From contig OZ024740.1 of NCBI GenBank assembly GCA_964016885.1, forward strand, positions 70,556,001-70,620,000: 64,000 nt of DNA, given 5' to 3'. Each line of letters begins with the position of its first letter. Position 1 is the stretch's first letter. The position numbers were made by a program, and so were the translations under genes. The notes under the pieces are model-generated. The model did not search any database. It was not told where the DNA came from and was given only the letters and a program-made list of their open reading frames with translations. Of this stretch, positions 11,346 to 23,185 are shown in pieces. Source of the stretch: Eledone cirrhosa (Eukaryota).

Positions 11346-14300
11346 ATGGCTGTACTCAGAATAGGCAGTATAAATGCACGTGGCCTGGGGTCATCTTGGA
11401 AGCAGGGTCACCTGCTCAATGACCTCAGGTCACTAAACATAGATGTGGTGGCCATCAGTGAAACCAGAATCTCCGAGGCACGGGCCTTCGCACCGATTTT
11501 CGGCGGCTACGATGTATACGCATCTCCCAGCCGTCCAGGATCGGGGGGAGGGGTTGCCGTCCTTTTTCGGAGAGGCTTGGATCTCGCGATACGGGCCATC
11601 TTCCTGGACGCAGAAGGTAAGTCGGTGGTGCTGGACATGACCGGCAGCGAAGGCAATGCTTTCAGGCTAGTAGCTGTCTACGCCCCAACAGCGGCAGGAC
11701 GGCCAGATTTCTTCAGACGTCTAGAGACCTTTCTTGGAACGTCCCGCTCTTTAGGGTTAGTGGGCGACTGGAACGGTATCTTGGGTGCACGCTGGGATTG
11801 TGTGGGACTAGGGGATAGGGGAGGAGGGTGCAAGAGCCTCACCAACCTGCTCAGACGTTTTGAACTGTCTGACAGGTATCGACTGGATCACCCGAATGTG
11901 CCAATGTGGACATGGAGAAACCGTATCGGGTCATCCAGATCGTATCTAGATAGGGTATTCTGCAGGGAACTAGATAAGGCTAGTATAAGTTGTCCACAAT
12001 TTAAAATAGTCGACTACACAGACCACAAATTTGTGATCTGTGAGATCGACATAGACAGACTTCATAGACAAGGGCCTGGTTACTGGAAGCTGAACGCGTC
12101 TTTCCCGGCGCGCAAGGCCTACAGAGACCGGATTAGCGTATTAGTTAAGCGGACGTTGACGGGAGCGGTCGTCAACAACAGGTGGTGGTTCGCCCTGAAA
12201 AGGGCAATTAAAGTAGAGTCGATTTGGTTTAGCAAAGGAGTAGTGATAGAGGAAAATAGAGTAGCGGGAGAGCTAGTCAGAAAGCTAGAAGAGGCGTTTA
12301 GGACAGGCATCGCAACCGACGTGCTTGCGGCGAGATTGGCACTCGACCAATTCTTCAACGCAAAACAAGAAGGCTGCGTTGTCAGAGCTAGAGCGCGTGC
12401 TCTGAAACACGAGGGGACAAAAGCCGTCCAATGGGCCCGGGTGGCAGAGGCGCGACGTGGCAATAAAGCCACAATTCGGGTGCGTGATGCTTGAACCCGA
12501 GCGGATGTGTGAAGCTTTTCAGCAGCACTTTGCTGAACTGTTCGGGAGCGGCGGCGGCCCGGATCGGGACATGGACTTCAGTGCATACCTCGACGGACTG
12601 CCTCGGCTCTCGACGACCGCAGCACAGTGTTGCGAAAAGCCAATAACAGCCGGTGAAATACAGGAAGCGATGGCTAACTGCACAAGAGGTAAATCGCCAG
12701 GTTTAGATGGTCTGCCCTACGAGCTTTATGCATTTATGCCAGACTTGTTCGGTGACCTCTTGGCAGACGTCTACTGCAACTGGCAGTAGAACGGGAGCAT
12801 TCCCAGTTTTGTGAGCCGGGGAGCAGTGGCGCTGCTGAGAAAAGACCCGAACAAGGGGGATGTTATTGATAATTTCAGGCCCATAACTCTGCTAAACGCA
12901 GAGTTCAAGATTTTGGCCAAGGTGTTAGCAACGAGGTTGGCGCTTGTCGTCAAGGGTCTGGTGGGAGAGGCGCAGACATGCGTCATCCCGGACAGATCCA
13001 TACACGACAACCTACACCTCATGCGATACATCATAGAGAGGGTGGTTAAGGAACCTGGAAAGGGTGGGGTCCTGATCAACTTGGATCAATCCAAAGCATT
13101 CGATAGGGTCGACCATCGGTATCTGGCGGCGGTCCTCGAGGCAGCCGGTTTCGGGCCCGTTTTCAGGCGTTGGATCGCAGCAATGTACAGCGACATCTGC
13201 TCAGTTGTGAGGGTGAAGGGTCACCTGTCGCAGCCGTTCAGCATCATGCGCTCAGTCCGCCGGGGTTGTCCCCTCTCGTCCCTCTTGTACGTATTGGCTC
13301 TCGAGCCGTTATTGCACAAACTGGGAGCGATGAGGGGCGTCCCACGCGAACTAGGATGCGGGAAATCCGAGTCGGCTTCCGCTGACGACGTCACCGTGGT
13401 GGTGTCGAGCACCAGACACGTCCAGATGCTCGGCACCGCTCTCAAGGAATACGAAGCGGTGACAGGAGCAAAGATAAACCAGGAAAAGTCGGTGGGCTTG
13501 CAGCTAGGCACCTGGAGAGGCAAGTCCATGTCGGCCGACAGCGTCGTGGGGCGTTGGACGGAACGACCGGTTAAATTGCTTGGGGTCTGGTTCGGACCGG
13601 ACCTCCAGATGGAGAAAAACTGGAACGAAGTGACGAGCAGGGTGGCCTCCCTCACCCAGAAATGGGCTGAGAGGAAGCTGTCCCTGAAAGGCCGGGTGGA
13701 AGTGGTGAATGCGTATATCGCATCCGTCATCTGCTACCGCCTCACCGTCGTCCCTTGCTCCAGCCCAACTCTCACCAAAATGGAGCGCCTCCTCTTCCGC
13801 TTTTTGTGGAAGGGACGCGCTCCCATGGTCAGACGATCCATCTGCTGTCAACACCCGTTGCGTGGAGGACTTGGCATGCCATGGCTGATGATGCGCAAAC
13901 ATGCACTGAGGCTGCGACATCTCTGGTGCTTCCTTGATGGTGAACGGGTGTGGTCGCCGTTCGCCAGGCACATTTTCCCACAGTTCGTCTCCATGACGGA
14001 GCTGCAGTCCTCGGTCAGAAAAAGACCGAGGGATAGCTCTTGGAAACTGGAATGTCTCCAGGCGCTCACTGCCCTCTCCCAGTTGGGCACCAGTATCGGT
14101 GGAACATCCACTTCGGCGTTCTATGGAGGACTAGTGGAGGGGAAGAGCGACGACGTTCTCGGAGAGATCCTGGGCGTCGAAGAAGATCAGCTGTTTGCTC
14201 TCTTCCGGAGAACTTTCAGCCCAGGGCCTATGGATAACTTCCCAAAATCCCTTGCCTGACAGTGCTACCGGGGAGCGCTGCCGGTTCGAGATAAGCTCTA

Positions 14301-14745
14301 CAGGCACGGAAGTGCCGTCAGCCGAGCCTGTCCGGGATGCGCGCATAGCGACGAAACCGTTGTGCACGCACTCGTTCAGTGCCCGAGCATTGCTGACTTG
14401 TGGAGCTATGTCGAACAGTTGCTGTCACGTGTGGGACTGATCCGGTTGTCGACTGAGTCCATTGTGCAGATGGTCTCGCCGTCTTCCTTTGAGGAGGAAG
14501 GGCAGGCGGTTTTCATCTGTCTGGTGGCCATGGCGAAAGAGATTGTGTGGTGGACAAGGTTAAAAGGATTAAAGACAAACACTTTCCTCTTCGGCGAATC
14601 CCTGATTAACTTTTTCAAGTTTCACTTGAAGAGGAAAATCAGGGTGGAGAGGCAAGTGCTGCTTTCTAGCAAGTTTGTTGAAAGGTGGGTGAATGTAGCG
14701 AGAATGGTCCGAGTGAACGGGACCACTCTGAATATACGTCTGTAG
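11346..14745 (+). pseudogene. Tx1 copy C ORF2; small deletion/frameshift near 12480, stops at 12787 and 14257, YADD changed to SADD
   Basis: ORF-track pieces 11310-12494, 12457-12789, 12811-14259 and 14362-14745 are colinear with copy B ORF2. Confidence 0.92.
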
Positions 14746-15034
14746 TTTGAGAGATGGAAAAATTGAGAGAGGGCGCTTGCCCTGGTAGTCAGGGTGGCCG
14801 TCGTCTTTTGTGTGGTTTTCGCCACGAGTAACCCTCGGAGGTTTCCCCCCTATTGGGGAATTTTTCATTTTTTCAATTTTCATTTTATTGTTTATATATA
14901 TATATGTTTTATGTCTTTTTTCTTTTCTTATATAAATAATAAAAATATTTACACGCACAAAACCCACATCGTACCGTCCTGTTCCGTCTGTGATGTTTTT
15001 CTTGATGTCAGCCCTTGTCGCCAATAAAGAAATC

Positions 15035-15061
15035 ATTATTATTATTATTATTATTATTATT
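15035..15061 (+). repeat. (ATT)9 between Tx1 copy C and the 3' end of the Dong-like element
   Basis: Read directly. Confidence 0.98.
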
Positions 15062-15206
15062 ACAGTTGCATTTATCTTGTTTTATGTTCATACGAGTTAT
15101 CATCAAGTCACAACCAGTGACCTCAAGAGACAACAAGGTCCGCCATGTTCAAGAAAGAACATACATATTCACACATGCATCTTTAGTGTTTAGACTTGTG
15201 ATGTAC

Positions 15207-18006
15207 TTATATTGACAGAATCTTCCTTAGTATATGGGCAGTTCCCATTAATACTATCTTTTGTATTTCTCCTATACGCGGGTTTCCTGGGATTTGCGAT
15301 ATGTAATCATTAGACCCCTTAGGTATCATTCCCAGAGCGCCTACAACCACTGGTATTGTTTTAGTTCTCAATTTCCACATTTTTCCAATTTCTATCTCCA
15401 GGTCCTTATACTTGCTCAATTTTTCAAATGTTTTTATAGATACATTCTTGTCTATTGGAACAGACATATCAATTAGCAGGCATACCCTCTTTTGAAAGTC
15501 TTTCAATATTTCTATCTCCAGGTCCTTATACTTGCTCAATTTTTCAAATGTTTTTATAGATACATTCTTGTCTATTGGAACAGACATATCAATTAGCAGG
15601 CATACCCTCTTTTGAAAGTCTTTCAATATTATATCAGGTCTGTTTGCATCTATTTTTCGGTCTGTTTGGATGCTAAAGTTCCACAAGATTGAGATGTGAT
15701 CTTTTTCAAGTATGGGAGGTGGTTGATGCTCCCACCAATTCTTTTGATGGGGCAGGTCAAAATGCTTACACATTATCCAATGTATGTATTGTGCAGCTCT
15801 GTCATGCCTGTTTAGGTATTCGGTTGGAGCTATAGGACTGCACATTGAAATTATATGGTCAATGGTCTCTGGTTGTTTTTTGCATACACGGCATAATGGG
15901 CTGCACCCATTTTTTATTATGTTGGCTTGGTAATTTTTTGTTGGCAGACACTGATCTTGTGCCGATATAATCAGTCCTTCAGTCTCCGATTTCAGTCCAG
16001 AGGATGCCAACCACTGATGGGTTAAAGTTTTGTCAACATCAGGATTGTTAGCTCGCTCTGGGTATTTTCCATACAGAGGCTTTTCTTGCCATTTCTTAGC
16101 CAGTTTCTGTAGCAGTTCTTTCTTTGCAGTTACTTTTACCTGCTTTGCTTTTTCTGTGTTTTCCATTTCAGCAGTAAATGGGACTTCTGAAATTTGTAGT
16201 CCATTACTGTATCTTTGTGCATCTTTTGTAATGGAATATGATCTTTTGATGCTTTCGTGTTTCAAAACGAGTTTGATCATCCAATCATGTGATTCCCTTA
16301 GATATGTAGATAATCCAATTGTTGCAGTTTTCAACGCAATGTCTAACTGGATTAACCCACGTCCTCCTTCTTTCCTAGGGAGATATATTATATCTATATC
16401 TGCCTTAGGGTGATGCATTCTGTGCATGGTTAAGAATTTTCGAATTTCTGTATCGAGCCTACGGATCTCTGTGCTTGACCAGTTGATGACATTGTAACTG
16501 TAGGTTACTACTGGTATGGCAAGCGTGTTTATGGCATCGATCCTATTCCTTGCATTCAATTCCGTTCTTAAGATTGCTCTTACTCTGCGGTAACATTCCT
16601 TCCTTATCCTTTCCCTCATTGTCGAGTGCTTGATTCCGTCTCCTTCACAAACACCTAGATATTTGTAAGTTTCTTCTTGATCAAGTTCTCTTATCACGTT
16701 CCCCCGATCAAGATTAATGTCTGAACTCTTCAGCAGCTTTCCTCTGGTGAACGTTGCTTTGGCGCATTTATCTAGTCCAAACTCCATTTTAATGTCATCA
16801 CTGAACTGCTTCACAGTGGATAATAGCCCTTGCAATTGTTCATCATTTTTTGCAAATAGTTTCAGGTCATCCATGTAGAACAGGTGATTAATGGTTTTGT
16901 CATAGACTTTATATCCATGTTTTGTTTCATTGAGCATTTTACTTAATGGTATAAGTGCGATGCAGAATAAAAGCGGTGACAAAGAGTCACCCTGAAAAAT
17001 TCCACAATTAATATTAACTTCTCCAGCTTCCAGTGATTTTGTTTCACTATTCAAAAGGAGTGTCGTTTTCCATGTCTTCATACTGAATGACAAAAACCTC
17101 CTGACAACGGGGAATACTTTGAAAATCTCTAAACATTTTTCAATCCAACTGTGTGGCAAACTATCGAATGCTTTTTTATAATCTATCCAAGCAGTCGATA
17201 GATTTTTGTGTCTATTATGACAATCTTCCAGTATCATTTTGTTAACCAGAAGCTGATCCTTACAGCCATATGAGCCTCGTTTACACCCTTTCTGCTCAAT
17301 GGGAAATAGGTCATTTGTTATCAGGTGGTCATATGTGTATTCAGTTAGGACTGATGTTAAAATTTTATACATTATGGTCAAGCAAGTTATCAGTCTGTAA
17401 TTTTTGGGATTGTTTGTCTCATCATTCTTCGGAAGCAGGAATGTAATGCCGTTAACTAGCCATGAAGGTATCTTTTCTGGCTCCTTAACTATTTCCTTGT
17501 AAAGTTGGGCTAACAGCTCATGAGACTCTGTGAAGGTATTTATCCAAAAGTTTTGTATTTTGTCTTTTCCTGGGGATTTCCATTTGCTGGTTTTTCTTAG
17601 AGCCAAGCGCAACTGTTCAACTGTTATATTTTCCCATGTTTGTTCCTCAAGGTGAGCTGTATCTTTCATTGGTCTGTCTATCCATGGGGCATGTATGTTA
17701 TGAACTTTTTCTTCGGCCCAGATCTTTTCCCAGAATTCTTGCACTTCCTCCTTGGGTGGTATTGATTTAGCAGTTATTGTTGACTTACCAATTTTTCTGT
17801 AGAAATTTCTTTGGTTGTTTTTGAACATATTATTGTCCTTATAGAATCTAGATCGTTTTTCAAAGCGCCTTATACGAGCAGCTTTGGCCGACACTTTTTG
17901 CTTGATTATTTCTATCAGCATGTCTATGTCACATGTTGATTTTATACTGTACTTTTTTTTCAATTTTCTAAGTTTAGTTTGTTTAACATGTTCACCTACT
18001 TTATAG

Positions 18007-18008
<2 letters not shown>
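15207..18008 (-). CDS. RT + zinc knuckle + restriction-like endonuclease polyprotein (N-terminus truncated, frame open up to the junction)
   Basis: WIDYKKAFDS, GIFQGDSLSPLLF, YMDDLKLF; CRVC..ETIDHIISMC, RHD, RPDII...IDMSVP, KLSKYKDL. No internal stop. Confidence 0.9.
15388..15630. repeat. Perfect 120-bp in-frame tandem duplication inside the endonuclease region
   Basis: 15388-15507 equals 15508-15627, with ATT microhomology at the junction. Confidence 0.97.

Positions 18009-18010
<2 letters not shown>

Positions 18011-18058
<48 letters not shown>
18011..18058 (+). repeat. (TTA)16 closing the retrotransposon cluster
   Basis: Read directly. Confidence 0.98.
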
Positions 18059-18061
<3 letters not shown>

Positions 18062-18251
18062 TGGAAATGTGTGAAATCCTTGGTACAGTTAGGTATATTT
18101 AAGTAAAGGAAAAGAATGGCATACACAAAACGCCAGCACCAACAGTTTTGCAAGAGATTTCAGCATGAATGGACCTGTTATTTTTATCTGAAGACATTTT
18201 TTTCCAATTCCATCCCGCCCGTCCCCTCAACCTATTTCATTTCTCATTCTT

Positions 18252-18287
18252 TCTTCTGATGAAGGACTAGCATCCGAAACGTTAAGA
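18252..18287 (+). ncRNA. Minimal type I hammerhead ribozyme motif
   Basis: tctt-CTGATGA-a-gga(ctagca)tcc-GAAA-cg-TT-aaga. Stem I is tctt/aaga; stem III is the palindrome AACGTT. Confidence 0.72.
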
Positions 18288-18374
18288 CCCTCTTCCTGCT
18301 ATATCAAGCGTTAACCTAATATATACCTTCCATATACTGTACCGATTGTGTTGTTATTTCTGTTTACCTTTTAC

Positions 18375-18421
<47 letters not shown>

Positions 18422-18426
<5 letters not shown>

Positions 18427-18593
18427 GTGGTTACACAACAGTTAGTTCACCATACCGAGAACAATTGTTTCACCTTAGAGGATCTTCAGCTCGGGATGTG
18501 CACAACTAACTGTTGTGTAACCACTTCTACCTAACTCGTCCCTTGGACTGAGTGCTCTACCACTACGGATATTACCTTCCAGTGTTCCACCAC
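18422..18593. mobile_element. Fold-back insertion in (TA)n, probably a Penelope-like element end
   Basis: 26-bp perfect inverted repeat (18422-18447 / 18504-18529) enclosing a hammerhead, then a single-copy tail. TA tracts on both sides. Confidence 0.65.
18455..18494 (-). ncRNA. Minimal type I hammerhead ribozyme motif inside a fold-back insertion
   Basis: Minus strand: ccgag-CTGAAGA-t-cct(cta)agg-t-GAAA-c(aatt)g-TT-ctcgg. Confidence 0.8.
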
Positions 18594-18703
18594 TATATAT
18601 ATATACGCTTTAATTCCTTTAAATCTTCATCAATATTCCTTCACTCCCACACACATTAACCCCCTCCCCCCGGGACGCGCACACACACACATACACACAT
18701 ATA

Positions 18704-18737
<34 letters not shown>

Positions 18738-18998
18738 CACAACACAATCTGATCACAGCTTGACCATCGCCACCGACGAATGCGAGAAAGTTCTGCAGGA
18801 AAGTTAACCAGGAATCTTTAAAAAATCTTCCCACCGAACTTAACAAAGAACTTACTAGATGTACCAAATCATAATATTATAAAATTAAATCAAATTGTTT
18901 AGAACTACAAGAGAAGTCATTCATTTCTTTTTTTTAAATATATATATATGGTGGAAACCATGGCGTCTGACCCTCTACCAATACTGCCAATCTACCAA

Positions 18999-19180
<182 letters not shown>

Positions 19181-19983
19181 CAGCCAGAAATTAACAAATC
19201 ATACTGAAGGCCGCGCATTTCACCGAGCGGTTTTTCAACCCGTGTATAGAAAGAAAGTTGGACGTGTCAGGCATAAGCGCTTCCTCAGGAGTACAAATAG
19301 AGACAGGTTCACAATGGAGAAACAGAAAGAATGTCCAGGAAAATCCCAGGTATGCCAGCCGTATATTCAGGCCGTCCCGACGAATAGCTTGTCTTTTCAT
19401 TAACGGAAAGTAATGTGGGCAATTTAAGAATTAAAACGGCCATTATCATTAACAAGAAAAAAAAAACAAGACAGATAAATAATAGATTGGAAATGTACGA
19501 AGCTTCTATAATGATTTCAAACACGTGTATTTCAGACATGTGGGACAGTTAAGAAGAAGACATTTGGTTATGTATGCTATATATGATGTTTATTTACTTT
19601 TAATAAGTGCTGAACATGTTTTATAACTGTGCAACATAAGCAATGGTCTTCGACATTTGTAAACTTTAATATATATTGTATATATATTACAGTTTACAAA
19701 CCATGTGGTTATGGGTTCGCTTCCTTTGTGCAACACCTTTGACAAATGGCTAGACATACACAAACATGCACGCACACACATACACACACATACACACACA
19801 TATACACACCCACACACATATATATATATATTTCGCCAGGTGGTCATATTAAGTTGGATATGGTCTGAGCCAATATTGATCGAAACCTATCAAAGTTATC
19901 AAAGTTATATATATATATATTATGTTATATGATATGCTATACTTACGCCTGTGTATGCGCGCGCGAGTATGAGTGTACGAGTG

Positions 19984-20077
<94 letters not shown>

Positions 20078-20785
20078 ATGTATATATATATATATGTATA
20101 TACACATTTACATATATGTGTGTGTGTGTGTGTATACTATACATACAAATGCTCGCTCACACACAAACGCACACACATATACACACACATTATATATACA
20201 TATATATATATATATGAATATATATATATATATATGAATATATATATATATATATATATATTATATGCTTATACAATATACATATTGTATGCGCCGGTGC
20301 GTGTGTGTATCTGAATATAGTTCTCGCTTTATCTCATCTCACATCTTCAGTTTCTCATCAGAGAACATCTCGTCTGTCAAAGGAAGCTCATTCACTGCAG
20401 ATACACCGACTGTATCAGTTGATTGAAATAAGTGACCAGAGAATATCTTTAGATGCTTCTCATGGATGAATAATCAAAAGTATAATTCATTTTTTGATAT
20501 ATGATCTTAGTAAAAGCGTCGAGGGATTCGAGCAAAATTGTATTCCCATAATAAACACCAGAATATATTCTGATAAGAAAGAACTAAAAGAAATAACCCG
20601 AAGTACAAAAGACAAAGAATGTAAACAGAAACGAAATAACGACACTTTCATTAATGAGTAATATATGATGGGTTAATCTTAAATCTTGAAGCAGAATTTT
20701 GTCATTTCTGTAAATTTACACCACATTCTTTAGAGATATCCTTTCTTAAAAAACAATATCTAGCCCAACCAATCCACCTGCAGAA

Positions 20786-20869
<84 letters not shown>

Positions 20870-21125
20870 CGCGTGTGGGTGCATATATATTTTTAATTGT
20901 TTATTATTTTACTGGTTTCAGCGCCAGACTACTGCCATAGTGGGGCTTTGATTTAATAGATCGTATCAACCCCAGTACTTAATTTTTAGGTATTGTTCTT
21001 ATTTATCAATCTGTTTTTGTCAACCGCACAGGATACAAAAAGACAAACACAAACCTAAACATAGACATACACACACACGTCTATTATATACTTGTATATA
21101 TATATATTCTGTATTGTGGCTAAGC

Positions 21126-21233
21126 GGTGAGTCTTATTACTTTAGAGTTTCACCTGTGCACTCACAGGATCATCAGACAAATTTGATGATCCTGTGAATG
21201 CACAGGTGAAACTCCAGAGTGACAAGACTCACC
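21126..21233. mobile_element. Imperfect palindrome of a hammerhead-bearing repeat (same family as 34843-34998)
   Basis: ggtgagtctt...aagactcacc arms, symmetric about 21179/21180. Confidence 0.75.
21134..21180 (-). ncRNA. Type I hammerhead ribozyme motif
   Basis: Minus strand: ttgt-CTGATGA-t-cctgtg(agtg)cacagg-t-GAAA-ct(ctaa)ag-TA-ataa. The mirror copy on the plus strand has a damaged core (TTGATGA). Confidence 0.75.
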
Positions 21234-21471
21234 ACTTATAATTGAATCTATGTATCTTTTTATAGTTGTCAAGCTATAAGAATGACTCGGAAGCCAGAGG
21301 TTTTGCACTTAAAGGCGCTTCTTCAAACTGGTTCAGCGTTGCAGTTATAATGTATATATCGCTCTTTCTCTCCCCACATTCTTCTGGATGAAGTGTTCAG
21401 ACTTCAAGAGGAATGGGCTCCAGCACCCATACGACTCAATCAGCAGTTAAAGGCAAAAGAGAAAAAGTTTA

Positions 21472-21567
<96 letters not shown>

Positions 21568-21969
21568 TTCATCCCAAATCAAATCGAGCCAGCGAAGGAG
21601 CATTTATGTGGCTGCTCAAACTGCTGACAGAGAGTGTGTGTGGAGCAGAGAAATCGACCCTAGTACTTGATTGGTTTCTTCATCGATTCCGGCAGGTTTG
21701 ACCTCGACAGGATGCGAACACAGAATGTAGAGAGCCGAAATAAAAAATAAGAAATATTTGATGCTCTACCAACTTTACTGTCTTAAAATATGACACTTTA
21801 TAATTTAGTCCGCGGCTCACAGTGTCTAAGATAGAGATAGGATGGTCATTGCTTCAAAACACCGTCTGGGCTGTTTTGGGATTAAACAGCAACAAGAATA
21901 GCAACAATGTATTCAAATAAAAACGTAGGTCAGTGATATCTTGAAAAAAAGTGGAGTTCTTTTTATAAT

Positions 21970-22157
21970 TGTTTCTACATTTGGCACAAGGCCAGCAATT
22001 ATCCCAGTACATTACTGGTACTTTATTTTATCGACCCCGTAAGGATGAAAGGCAAAGTTAACCTCGGCGGGATTTGAACTCAGATCATAAAGGGGCGTAA
22101 CTCAGTGCTGCAAAGCATGGCGTCCGACCCCCCACCGATACTGCCAATCCACCGCCC
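21970..22157 (-). mobile_element. tRNA-derived SINE with 15-bp target-site duplication
   Basis: A box TGGCAGTATCGG, B box GAGTTCAAATCC, core GCCTTTCATCCTTACGGGGTCGATAAAAT. TSD agttctttttataat at 21955-21969 and 22158-22172. Confidence 0.92.
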
Positions 22158-22454
22158 AGTTCTTTTTATAATGCATGAATTTTAGCTATATAAAAACACT
22201 AAAAAACTGTTACTTTACTTTATACAGATCATGTATTTCCTAGTGTGGAAATCTGCGTCGCACTGTCTCCGTCACTTTGGTCACTGTCACAGTTCCACTA
22301 CCAGACAAGTACAAATTCAAAATTTCTTATTGTTAAAATTTAAACATAAAAATATGAAGTTACTGAACGGATTAATTTATACTTTAGATAAACTTGTATT
22401 GATCTATAATAGGATTACAGAAACACACACACATAGACACACACACACACACAT

Positions 22455-22509
<55 letters not shown>

Positions 22510-22515
<6 letters not shown>

Positions 22516-22530
22516 ATGTTGAAAGGGTAA

Positions 22531-22583
<53 letters not shown>

Positions 22584-22872
22584 AGAGAGAGAGAGATCAT
22601 ATGCCATCAATAAAACAGGGAAACCACCAGTGTATGGAATCTATAGCCTATGGAAGGCAGGGTAGACACACAATAATTAAAAATATAAATTAAAATGCAT
22701 ATACGCACCTCTATAACTATATAACACACTGTCTCGCCAGGAAATTGACTGAAATGGAATCGTCTATGGGTCATCAGCGTGTGTAAGACGATAGATTCCA
22801 GACAACTCTAAGAAAATTTTATTTGATGGCACACGATCTCTCTCTAGTGTGTTACCCTTTCAACATATTGTA
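22510..22872. mobile_element. Older fold-back insertion next to (TA)n
   Basis: 24-bp perfect inverted repeat (22510-22533 / 22849-22872), continuing inward through GA/TC runs and gccatcaa / ttgatggc. Confidence 0.6.
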
Positions 22873-23091
22873 TTTTAAAGAGTTCAGGATTCCTTTTCCT
22901 TTGAGCACATAATTTACAGGGAATAACGAGAGTCTCTGGCTCCGTTAATTTATCGTGATATTTCACTCCTTATAACAGTCTTTCCTTTCTCTCTGTTTGG
23001 TTGAGCACATTTCTTTGAGTGGTTTTTGGGCTGCCCTTTATCGTGCCCTTTATCGTGATATATATATATATACATATATATAAATATGTAT

Positions 23092-23185
23092 AGGAAAAGA
23101 GTCAGGACTACCCTATTACTACCCTAAGTACTCGAGTACTCTGGTGCGTTATGGTCCACCTGGTTTCTTACCACACTGTCTTCGT
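23092..23185. mobile_element. Short TA-flanked repeat, family X copy 1
   Basis: Shares both termini with 27948-28105 and 63788-63980, in reverse orientation. Confidence 0.75.

Larger units (their letters stand above)
9060..15034 (+). mobile_element. Tx1-clade copy C, full length
   Basis: 5' UTR, ORF1 with CCHC knuckle, ORF2 and a 3' UTR ending AATAAAgaaatc. (ATT)n on both sides. Confidence 0.93.
15063..18010 (-). mobile_element. R4/Dong-like non-LTR retrotransposon (restriction-like endonuclease class), 5'-truncated, inserted in (TAA)n
   Basis: Single ORF with RT followed by CCHC and a PD..D nuclease. Flanked on both sides by TAA repeats, the known Dong target. Confidence 0.88.

Noticed and set aside
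3492-15061. Tandem segmental duplication or assembly duplication as the cause of the Tx1 array
   Set aside because: Copies differ throughout, with unrelated UTRs and different lesions.
19255-19295. Minus-strand CTGAGGA...GACA-CG-TC hammerhead-like string
   Set aside because: GAAA is mutated and stems I and II do not pair.
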